Assembly (NCBI GenBank): GCA_964618455.1
Contig: CAZUAQ010000015.1
Coordinates: forward strand, 14,319-78,318
DNA length: 64,000 nt
Origin: an uncultured Planctomycetales bacterium
GTDB taxonomy: Bacteria; Planctomycetota; Phycisphaerae; UBA1845; PWPN01
Direction of reading: 5' to 3'
Shown here: positions 37,833 to 45,629 of the stretch, in pieces
How the letters are laid out: every line of letters starts with the position of its first letter
Position numbering within the stretch: position 1 is the stretch's first letter
The notes under the pieces: generated by a model
What the model saw: the letters and a program-made list of their open reading frames with translations, nothing else
What the model was told of the DNA's origin: nothing
Database searches by the model: none
Position numbers and translations under genes: made by a program

Positions 37833-40436
37833 ATGCAGGCAAGTGATCAGCGCGTCTTGCGAATTAACCACCATTGGCAGAACCGAGCACGTGGCAGAGC
37901 AGCGGTCGCATGCCTGGTGTGGATCGCGGCGCTAAGTGTCGGTACGCGTACTGCCCGGTCCGCCACAGCCGTGGACGATCAGATCAACTTCGTCGTCATC
38001 AACAGTACGAACCATGTCATCGATGTTCTGGCCAACGATCTCGATCTTGGTGGAGAGGTCGTGACTGCTATACCTGCTCAGCCCGCCAACGGCCAGGTGC
38101 AGATCATCGCCGGGGGCACGCAGGTGGCCTACACACCGGACACCGCGTACTGCAACGACGCCATCCCGAGTCCTCCGGATGTGTTCATGTATCAGCTCTC
38201 CGGCGGCAGCGTAGCGACGGTCAGCGTGGTCGTGGCGTGCCCGTTTGTGTTGAAAGATCCGGGCAGCTTTGACACGGAGGGGGATCCGAACGTTCTGAGC
38301 TGGTACGAGGCGCGGGCTTTCTGTCGAACGCAAGTCGGGACGGACATCGCGCATAGCAAGTGTGATCAGGCGAACCCGGGCGGCGGCATGAGCGCGACGA
38401 ACGGCAACTCGTGTCCGGACATTCCCGCCTGTCTGCCGACGGACTCGCCGACTCGTTGCGGCCGACGTCAAATCCTGGAGATGCAACGCATCGCCCAAGA
38501 ATCACGGCTGAACATATGGACGGGCATCCGATGGTTCATTCGGCTGTGCAGTCCCAACGGAGCCGGATGCCAGCTCGAGAGGCGATTCACCTGGGTGGAT
38601 GGTACGCCGTTGGAAGAAGGTAATTCGGCTTTTCCTTTTTACGGTCCACTGTCTGAATTCTATCTGAACGGGGATACTACGCTTCAATCGTGTGGATTTA
38701 TGCGCGGCCGCTACGCTGAGGGGTACTTGGGCTGTACGTGCGTCGGCGGCGGAAACGACGGTCTGGCTTGCGACGGCTCGGATGATTCCTGCCCGGGAGG
38801 CGATTGCCTGGATACGGAGGGTTACCCCTGCAACCTTTGCGGATGTTACGCGGGACCCGTCAATCAGGGGAAGCCGTGTGATGAAACCGGTGATTGCGGC
38901 AACAACGGGGTGTGCTTCGACGCCGGCGAGTACGGTGTGGATTGCGTCGGGTCCAACTTTGGAATGCTGGCCCATGAAGAATGTGATAATGCGTCACCCA
39001 CATTTTTTCCCGTGACCCATGTACTTTGTGATAATCCGAAACTTGGGTTTGAAGTGTGCGGGTGCGACGATCCGAATGACTGTCCGGCCGGCTTTAATTC
39101 GTGCGGCCCGGGAAAGACGTGCAGCAGTACGAATGTCTGTTGGCCTGCGGGGCAGGGGCAAGAAGGCGATCCGTGCGAGTTTCCCAACGACTGTGCGGCC
39201 GGACTCTCGTGCGACGTTTCGTGTACATTCGACCAGGAGTGCAGCCATACGGACGACGCCGGTTGGCCGATCTACTATCCGGAGGCGCATGGCACGCACA
39301 CGTGCATGCCGACGATACCGGCCATGCTGGGTGACAGCGACGATGATGGGTTTCACGATCAGGAGGAAGGGTGCCCGCTTGATCCCAACAAAGTCACGCC
39401 GGGGGATTGCGGGTGCGGTGCGGTGGAGGTCGATTGTGACAACAATCTGATCTCCGATTGCATCGACCTTGACCATCCGGCTCGGTTTGAAGGCTTCGCA
39501 TCGGGGGTTGGGGCGTTTCAGCTTAACGGCACGGCGAGTGTCGACAGCGAAAGCATCCGGCTGACGGAAGCAGTTCAAGCACAAAACGGATCGGTGATCT
39601 TCGAGCCTGTGTCGAGCGTGCCGATCGACAGCTTTACCGTGACGTACGATTTCTTCATGGGCGGTGGTACCGGCGCGGACGGCATGAGCTTCGCGCTGAT
39701 CGATGCCGACGTGACGGACGATACGATCCTGCTCGGTGAGGGTGGGGCCAATCAGCCATTCGTCGTCAGCCTGGACACGTATCGCTGGAATCCTGCCGGC
39801 GGAAATCACGCTCTCTTGCGGAGTTATGGCGCGACACTGGCTGATGTGTTGGTCGCTCAGCCATTGGATGACGCAACGTGGCAGAAGGCTTCGATCACCT
39901 TTGAAGCCGGCGCCGCGACACTGGTGTTGACGGATGCGAACGGCGTCGACACGACGATCTTTTCGTCGGTGTCGGTTCCCGGATGGTCAGCCATTCGGGC
40001 GCGTTACGGATTCGGCGCTCGCACGGGAGGGGCGACCAATGAGCACCGCGTGGATAACGTCCGCTTCACAGCCACGTCGCTGACCAACGACTGCAACGGT
40101 AACAGCACGCCCGATCCATGCGACCCCGACGCGGACGGCGATGGCGTGATTGACGACTGCGATCTCTGTCCCGGTACGGTTTCCGGTGCGACGGTTGACG
40201 TGGAAGGCTGTCCCGATCCTTCGATTCCAGCCGACTTCGACGATGACGGCGACGTGGACGCCCACGATGTGGATGCGTTTATCGCATGTGCTTCCGGTCC
40301 GACCGTGCCCATCGCGGGCGGCTGCGAGGACAAGGATCTCGACAACGACGGTGACGGAGATCAATCCGACTTCGCGATCGTGCAGCGCTGCCTGAGCGGT
40401 GAGAATATTCCGGGCGATCCGAACTGTGCGGATTAG
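37833..40436 (+). CDS. exported multi-domain lectin/cysteine-rich giant with C-terminal TSP3/dockerin-like module
   Basis: SD AAGGAG lies 7 nt upstream. Signal/TM AAVACLVWIAALSV. Cadherin/VCBS-like unit (VIDVLANDLDLGG..., about 37965-38237). C-type-lectin-like unit (SWYEARAFC...IWTGIRW...FTWVDGTP, about 38280-38717). About 200 aa with more than 35 Cys. Legume-lectin/LamG-like unit (FQLNGTASVD...GADGMSFALID..., about 39480-40073). TSP3 plus double DxDxDG module at 40113-40433. Confidence 0.8.
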   Translation: MQASDQRVLRINHHWQNRARGRAAVACLVWIAALSVGTRTARSATAVDDQINFVVINSTNHVIDVLANDLDLGGEVVTAIPAQPANGQVQIIAGGTQVAYTPDTAYCNDAIPSPPDVFMYQLSGGSVATVSVVVACPFVLKDPGSFDTEGDPNVLSWYEARAFCRTQVGTDIAHSKCDQANPGGGMSATNGNSCPDIPACLPTDSPTRCGRRQILEMQRIAQESRLNIWTGIRWFIRLCSPNGAGCQLERRFTWVDGTPLEEGNSAFPFYGPLSEFYLNGDTTLQSCGFMRGRYAEGYLGCTCVGGGNDGLACDGSDDSCPGGDCLDTEGYPCNLCGCYAGPVNQGKPCDETGDCGNNGVCFDAGEYGVDCVGSNFGMLAHEECDNASPTFFPVTHVLCDNPKLGFEVCGCDDPNDCPAGFNSCGPGKTCSSTNVCWPAGQGQEGDPCEFPNDCAAGLSCDVSCTFDQECSHTDDAGWPIYYPEAHGTHTCMPTIPAMLGDSDDDGFHDQEEGCPLDPNKVTPGDCGCGAVEVDCDNNLISDCIDLDHPARFEGFASGVGAFQLNGTASVDSESIRLTEAVQAQNGSVIFEPVSSVPIDSFTVTYDFFMGGGTGADGMSFALIDADVTDDTILLGEGGANQPFVVSLDTYRWNPAGGNHALLRSYGATLADVLVAQPLDDATWQKASITFEAGAATLVLTDANGVDTTIFSSVSVPGWSAIRARYGFGARTGGATNEHRVDNVRFTATSLTNDCNGNSTPDPCDPDADGDGVIDDCDLCPGTVSGATVDVEGCPDPSIPADFDDDGDVDAHDVDAFIACASGPTVPIAGGCEDKDLDNDGDGDQSDFAIVQRCLSGENIPGDPNCAD

Positions 40437-40515
40437 GGGGAGAGGATCATGAGAGCGCTTGCGCCTTGTGGCCTGAGCCGCGATTACCTTTGAAATTCAA
40501 GGAAAGGAACCTGAT

Positions 40516-42624
40516 ATGAGTTTACGAACGATCGGAAAGACATTGATTATTGTGCTGGCGGTGTTTCCCAGCGTGACGTCGGGCGCCGACTACGTCTGGG
40601 ACGGCTCTCGCACTTCCACCAACTGGAACGCCCTGGGCCCCGGCTTCGAATTCGATACCAATTGGACGGCGTCTCTCTTCTTTCCCGACTCCAACGACAC
40701 CGTCACCTTTCCCGAAACGGCGGCCGACTTTATCGTCACGCTCAACGGCAACCGCTCGGTCCTGTCCGCCACGTTCTCCGGCGCGAATGGTTACACGCTC
40801 AACGACGACACGCTGACGCTGCTTACCGGCGACCTGACCGCCACCGGCACGGCCACGCACACGATCAACAGCAACGTGACCCTGGGCAGCGCCGGCAACT
40901 GGAACATCGCCGGCGACCTGATCCTCAACGGTAATCTGACGGGCGGGCTCAACCTCGAACTGCCCGGCACGGGCTCGCTGACGCACACGGCCGGCACGAG
41001 TTCGCTCAACAAGGTGACCATCGGACCGGCCCAAACGGTGAATCTCACCGGCGGCAGCCTTTCCGCCACGGCCGGCCTGGACAACTCGGCGGGCGGAACG
41101 CTCAATCACCGCGATGGCGCGCTCAATATCTCCGGCAGCGGCTTCCTCCCCACCGCCGGCACCAGCGACTACACTATCGACGGCCCCACGGACGCCGATC
41201 TCCCCCACCTGACCCTCGGTGAAGGCGCCACCCTCAACACCCTCAGACTCACCGTCGGCGATGACGAAAACGGCGCACTCACCCTCATCGACGGCGCCGT
41301 CGTCAACAGCACTGGAGGCAACGTCGGCGACTTCACCACCAGCCTCGGCTCTGTCACCGTCTCGGGCACTGACCCCATCGGCGACCCCTCCACCTGGGAC
41401 ATAACAGGTTTACTCGAACTGGGCGGCGACGGCACGACTCTGCTCATCGACGGCGGTGGGCAGGTCTCCGCATCCTCCATCGATATTGCTCGGACCACGA
41501 CCGAGGACGCCTCGGTCACCGTCAGCGGAACGGACTCCAACGGCAACCCATCGGCCCTGACCGTCAGCGGCCAACTCCGCCTGGCCAACGGCTACCCCAG
41601 TGACGCATCGCTCGACATCCTCGACGGGGCCCACGTATCCAACAACAGCGCCTCACTCGGCCCCAACGACAATGACTCCTCCAGTATCGACGTCCTGGTG
41701 AGTGGAGCCGATTTCAACAACAATCCCGCCACCTGGACCAGCAGCGGCGACCTGGACGTCGGCACGAGCGACCTGGATTACACCTCGACGAGAGTCGACA
41801 TCGACACCGGCGGCCTTGTCACCGTCTCGGGAACCGCCGCCGTAAACCTCAGCGGGCGCGTCCGCCTTCAGGGCGGCACGTTCATCGCCTCGACCATCGA
41901 TCACACCAATGGCGGCATGTTCAACTTCACCTCCGGTGAGCTCAACGTGGATAACTTCGAGGGGGTGTTGGTGCAGAACGGCGGCACGCTCTCGATCGGA
42001 GATTCGCCCGGCCAGACGAACATCTCGCAGGACTACACGCTCAACGCCGGGTCGCTGGACATCGAACTCGGCGGGACCGCGCCGGGTGTCGAGCACGATC
42101 AACTCGCGGTCACCGGCACGGCCAACTTGGGCGGCACACTCGATGTATCTTACGACAACTTCACCGCGACGCCGGGGCAGTCGTTTGTCATTCTCACCGC
42201 CGGCACGCTCTCAGGTACGTTTGGCACGGTCAACTACCCCGACGGACAACCCTGGACCATTGAGTACGACACCAATGCCGGAACGGTAACGGTCACGGTT
42301 CCCTGTCCGGATGGCGACGCCGACGACGACGGGGTGTGTGATAGTAACGATCTCTGCCCGAATACGGTTCCCGGTGCGCCGGTGGATGGTGATGGCTGTC
42401 CTTCGCCCGCGATCCCGGCCGACTTCGATAACGACGGCGACGTGGATGGCGATGATGTCGACGCGTTTGAGGCGTGTGCCTCCGGACCGGCCGTCCCCAT
42501 CGCGGGCGGCTGTGAGAGCAAGGATCTCGACAATGACGGTGACGGAGATCAATCCGACTTCGCGGTCGTGCAACGCTGTCTGAGCGGTGAGAATATTCCT
42601 GGCGATCCGAACTGTGCGGAATGA
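40516..42624 (+). CDS. exported PATR (autotransporter-associated beta-strand repeat) beta-helix protein with C-terminal TSP3/dockerin-like module
   Basis: Signal peptide MSLRTIGKTLIIVLAVFPSVTSGA. PATR-type start YVWDGSRTSTNWNA...NWT...DTVTF...VLSATFSGANGYTLN. Long T/G/N/L-rich beta-helix region. Shared module at 42301-42621. Confidence 0.8.
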   Translation: MSLRTIGKTLIIVLAVFPSVTSGADYVWDGSRTSTNWNALGPGFEFDTNWTASLFFPDSNDTVTFPETAADFIVTLNGNRSVLSATFSGANGYTLNDDTLTLLTGDLTATGTATHTINSNVTLGSAGNWNIAGDLILNGNLTGGLNLELPGTGSLTHTAGTSSLNKVTIGPAQTVNLTGGSLSATAGLDNSAGGTLNHRDGALNISGSGFLPTAGTSDYTIDGPTDADLPHLTLGEGATLNTLRLTVGDDENGALTLIDGAVVNSTGGNVGDFTTSLGSVTVSGTDPIGDPSTWDITGLLELGGDGTTLLIDGGGQVSASSIDIARTTTEDASVTVSGTDSNGNPSALTVSGQLRLANGYPSDASLDILDGAHVSNNSASLGPNDNDSSSIDVLVSGADFNNNPATWTSSGDLDVGTSDLDYTSTRVDIDTGGLVTVSGTAAVNLSGRVRLQGGTFIASTIDHTNGGMFNFTSGELNVDNFEGVLVQNGGTLSIGDSPGQTNISQDYTLNAGSLDIELGGTAPGVEHDQLAVTGTANLGGTLDVSYDNFTATPGQSFVILTAGTLSGTFGTVNYPDGQPWTIEYDTNAGTVTVTVPCPDGDADDDGVCDSNDLCPNTVPGAPVDGDGCPSPAIPADFDNDGDVDGDDVDAFEACASGPAVPIAGGCESKDLDNDGDGDQSDFAVVQRCLSGENIPGDPNCAE
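42218..42624 (+). repeat. 407-bp direct repeat, copy A (3' end of the PATR gene)
   Basis: Hand alignment to 45060-45466 gives 399/407 identical with no indels. The offset is exactly 2842 bp. Confidence 0.9.
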
Positions 42625-42782
42625 AGGGCGATACGGCTATGCGGCGGGCCTGGTGAATGGCGACCCCGAGCCGGCATCGGTGGCGCTGCTGATGCTCGGT
42701 GGGCTGGCGCTGCTCATGCCGAGCGGTATGCCCGGCTCGAGAAACTGATGTCGACACGCGAACTCGAACAGGAGGACCTGAA

Positions 42783-45014
42783 ATGAATCTTTCGAAGCAC
42801 ACTTCTCGAATTATCCAGAATCTGCTCACCGCGGTGGTCTGTGCGGCCGTCTTGTCGGGATCCGCAAGGACCGCCCACGCCCAGACGCCGCTGGGAGCCG
42901 TGTGGACGTATCAAGGAAAGCTTGAACTGAGCAGCTCGCCGGTCGATGACACCGCCGATTTCGAGTTCTCTCTCTGGGACGCCGACGTGAACGGCAACCA
43001 GATCGACTCGACGCAGACGGTCAGCAACGTCGAGATCGTGGACGGGTTGTTCACGGTCGAGCTCGACTTCGGCGCGGATGCATTCAACGGCGACGCCCGC
43101 TGGCTGGAGATATGGGTACGTAGTCCGCACGACCCAAGCGACTTAACGTCGTATGAACTTCTCAGTCCGCGCCAGCCGCTGACGGCGGCGCCGTATGCCC
43201 TCTTCGCCCTCGACAGCGGAGGTGGGGGCACGGGCGACGGCCATTCGCTCGACGCCGTCGATGGCACGCCGACTGACGCGGTGTTCGTCGACAACGACGG
43301 CAACGTCGGGATCGGGACCACCACCCCCGGAGTTCCGCTCGACGTGTATGGATCCTTGCGTGTGAGTCGCGCCGAACAACTTGATCAGGCACACACAACA
43401 GGGGTGGGCTTCATTACAGAACTCTCCATTGGCCAATCTTTTACAGCCGGCTCGAGCGGCCCCCTGACCAGAATCGATGTCCGCACCTTGGCTGCCAGCC
43501 TGTCGTCAGGGGGTACATTGTCGATTTATGAAGGCAACGGCTACGGAGGCACCTTGCTGACAACCCAACCGTACACGTGGCCCGTCGGGCAGAACATGTG
43601 GATAGCCAATACGCTGGTCAACCCGGTCAGTGTGTCGGCGGGCCAGCAGTACACGTTTCGGTTCCAGAGTTCGGACGGCAGCATGCGGCTTGCTATGGAC
43701 GGCGAGGGCGGTTATCCCCTGGGCTCCCTGATCGACTACCCCGATTATGACCTGCGATTCCGCACCTACGTGATTCCGGATTCAGCCCCGGCGCTTGCTG
43801 TCACTGATTTGGGGAACGTCGGTATCGGGACGACCTCTCCCTCCCGGCTCCTCGACGTCAACGGTACGGCCAAGATCGGCGGCAGCCTGTTTTTCGATTC
43901 GCCGAGCACCTTCGAGGTGGCCCACGAGAACAACACGGGTATGCGCATCGATCCGGTCGCGAACAGCGTCCACCTCGAGGCGGACAATCTCCTCGGTCTC
44001 ACGCTGACCGCTGGCGGGAACGTCGGCATCGGTACGTCAGACCCACTCCGACGGCTTCACGTCGAAGAGACCGGGGACGGTGAGAACAACGTGATCAGAC
44101 TCACTCGCAAAGCCCAGTCCAGCAGCGATTCGCAGTCCGTCACCTTTTGGCTCGACCCGACAAATGAGGTCTTCAAGTTGGATGTGGGAGGCAATGGAAA
44201 CGCAGCGGCGAGGATCCACCTGGGGGACTCCAGTAGTCCTGACAACGACGTGACGATGCTCGGCAACGTCGGCATCGGAACGGCTACTCCCACGCGCGGA
44301 AAGGTCGATATCGAGGGATTCGAAAACCACACGCCCGGTCCATTTGGCTACCTGAACGACACCGGAGGCTCGGGAACCAATCCCGGCACGGGTCCAACCA
44401 CCTACTCACTGTACGCCTCGCATCGCATCGCCGCGAGCGAGTTCAACGCCCATTCCGACGCGCGGATCAAAAACGTGCTCGGGCGATCCGACGGCGACGC
44501 GGACCTCAACACGCTGATGCGGATCAAGGTGACGGATTACACGATGGCCGACACCGTGGCCCATGGCGACCGGCCTCGCAAGAAGGTGATCGGCCAGCAG
44601 GTCAGCAAGGTCTTCCCGCAGGCGGTTACGACCTCGACCAACGTTGTCCCGGACATCTATCGCCTGGGCGATGCCGAGTCCTGCTGGATCCGGCTGGACT
44701 CGCCCGTCGAGCCGCCGTTGCGGTCTGGCGATCAAGTTCGGCTGATCACCGGCGACGGCGCCGCGCTTCACGAAGTGCTCGACGTGAAGGAAGACGGATT
44801 TCGGGTGTCAGCGTCTGTCAGTGGAAGCGTCTTTGTGTACGGCCGACAGGTGGATGACTTCCATCACGTCGACTACGAAGCGATTGCCATGCTCAACGTC
44901 TCCGCGACGCAGGCGCTCAACGAGCAGCTCAGTGAAAAGGACGCCGAGATCAAGGCGCTGAACGAACGCCTGGCCCGGCTCGAAGCGCTCGTCGAGCGGC
45001 TGTCTTCGGAGTGA
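42783..45014 (+). CDS. exported tail-fibre-like protein 2 (paralogue of fibre 1) with an S74 chaperone domain carrying an internal insertion
   Basis: SD AGGAGG upstream. Signal peptide ...AVLSGSARTAHA/QTPLGAVWTYQGKL. The N-terminal domain and the internal GNVGIG...LHVEETGDGEN...KLDVGGNGN...SSSPDNDVTM cassette are shared with fibre 1. C-terminus HSDARIKNV...coiled coil at 44454-45011. Confidence 0.85.
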   Translation: MNLSKHTSRIIQNLLTAVVCAAVLSGSARTAHAQTPLGAVWTYQGKLELSSSPVDDTADFEFSLWDADVNGNQIDSTQTVSNVEIVDGLFTVELDFGADAFNGDARWLEIWVRSPHDPSDLTSYELLSPRQPLTAAPYALFALDSGGGGTGDGHSLDAVDGTPTDAVFVDNDGNVGIGTTTPGVPLDVYGSLRVSRAEQLDQAHTTGVGFITELSIGQSFTAGSSGPLTRIDVRTLAASLSSGGTLSIYEGNGYGGTLLTTQPYTWPVGQNMWIANTLVNPVSVSAGQQYTFRFQSSDGSMRLAMDGEGGYPLGSLIDYPDYDLRFRTYVIPDSAPALAVTDLGNVGIGTTSPSRLLDVNGTAKIGGSLFFDSPSTFEVAHENNTGMRIDPVANSVHLEADNLLGLTLTAGGNVGIGTSDPLRRLHVEETGDGENNVIRLTRKAQSSSDSQSVTFWLDPTNEVFKLDVGGNGNAAARIHLGDSSSPDNDVTMLGNVGIGTATPTRGKVDIEGFENHTPGPFGYLNDTGGSGTNPGTGPTTYSLYASHRIAASEFNAHSDARIKNVLGRSDGDADLNTLMRIKVTDYTMADTVAHGDRPRKKVIGQQVSKVFPQAVTTSTNVVPDIYRLGDAESCWIRLDSPVEPPLRSGDQVRLITGDGAALHEVLDVKEDGFRVSASVSGSVFVYGRQVDDFHHVDYEAIAMLNVSATQALNEQLSEKDAEIKALNERLARLEALVERLSSE

Positions 45015-45466
45015 TTGCTGAGGATATGGCAAACGTTAGCCCGCGCTCGGTCCGGTATCCGTTTGGCACGGTCAACTACCCCGACGGACAACCCTGGACC
45101 ACTGAGTACGACACCAATGCCGGAACGGTAACGGTCACGGTTCCCTGTCCGGATGGCGACGCCGACGACGACGGGGTGTGTGATAGTAACGATCTCTGCC
45201 CGAATACGGTTCCCGGTGCGCCGGTGGATGGTGATGGCTGTCCTTCGCCCGCGATCCCGGCCGACTTCGATAACGACGGCGACGTGGATGGCGATGATGT
45301 CGACGCGTTTGAGGCGTGTGCCTCCGGACCGGCCGTCCCCATCGCGGGCGGCTGTGAGAGCAAGGATCTCGACAACGACGGTGACGGAGATCAATCCGAC
45401 TTCGCGGTCGTGCAACGCTGCCTGAGCGGTGAGAACGTTCCGGGCGATCCGAACTGCGCGGATTGA
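45011..45466 (+). CDS. orphan TSP3/dockerin-like C-terminal module ORF (duplicate of the PATR gene 3' end; possible remnant or recombination cassette)
   Basis: GTG start overlaps the fibre-2 stop (GTGA). There is no signal peptide. From aa 18 onward it is near-identical to the last 135 aa of the PATR protein. Confidence 0.5.
   Translation: MIAEDMANVSPRSVRYPFGTVNYPDGQPWTTEYDTNAGTVTVTVPCPDGDADDDGVCDSNDLCPNTVPGAPVDGDGCPSPAIPADFDNDGDVDGDDVDAFEACASGPAVPIAGGCESKDLDNDGDGDQSDFAVVQRCLSGENVPGDPNCAD
45060..45466 (+). repeat. 407-bp direct repeat, copy B
   Basis: See copy A. Seven of the eight mismatches lie in the last about 100 bp, and four of those match the module of the lectin gene (40.3-40.4 kb). 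Confidence 0.9.
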
Positions 45467-45629
45467 GCAGATCGCGCGTTCCGATCACATATGAAGGAAT
45501 TCGGATCGGAACGTGATCAGCCCTTGCGATACATATCGCAGCATGAGCACACTTCACTGTGAATGGGGTCAATCGACCCCGTTCACAAGTATGCTCAAGC
45601 CCGCTCCGACAACCTCAGGCCGCCTGACC

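Noticed and set aside
42699-42782. 28-aa N-terminal extension of fibre gene 2 (MGWRCSCRAVCPARETDV...)
   Set aside because: It overlaps the cryptic PEP-CTERM frame and has no signal-peptide character. A strong SD (AGGAGG) plus a signal peptide begin at ATG 42783.
34777-45466. Prophage, tailocin or contractile-injection remnant, suggested by the two tail-fibre/S74 genes
   Set aside because: Every large ORF has a Sec signal peptide. No capsid, portal, terminase, sheath, tube, baseplate, lysis, integrase or att-like elements are present. The flanks are trmB and a NagD-like phosphatase.
38280-45466. Diversity-generating retroelement (a C-type-lectin fold and fibre genes plus a repeated segment could be a VR/TR pair)
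   Set aside because: No reverse transcriptase gene is in the window. The 8 mismatches between the 407-bp copies are mostly T/C changes plus A>G, T>G and A>T. That is not the adenine-specific pattern of DGR mutagenesis, and the repeat is not in the lectin domain.
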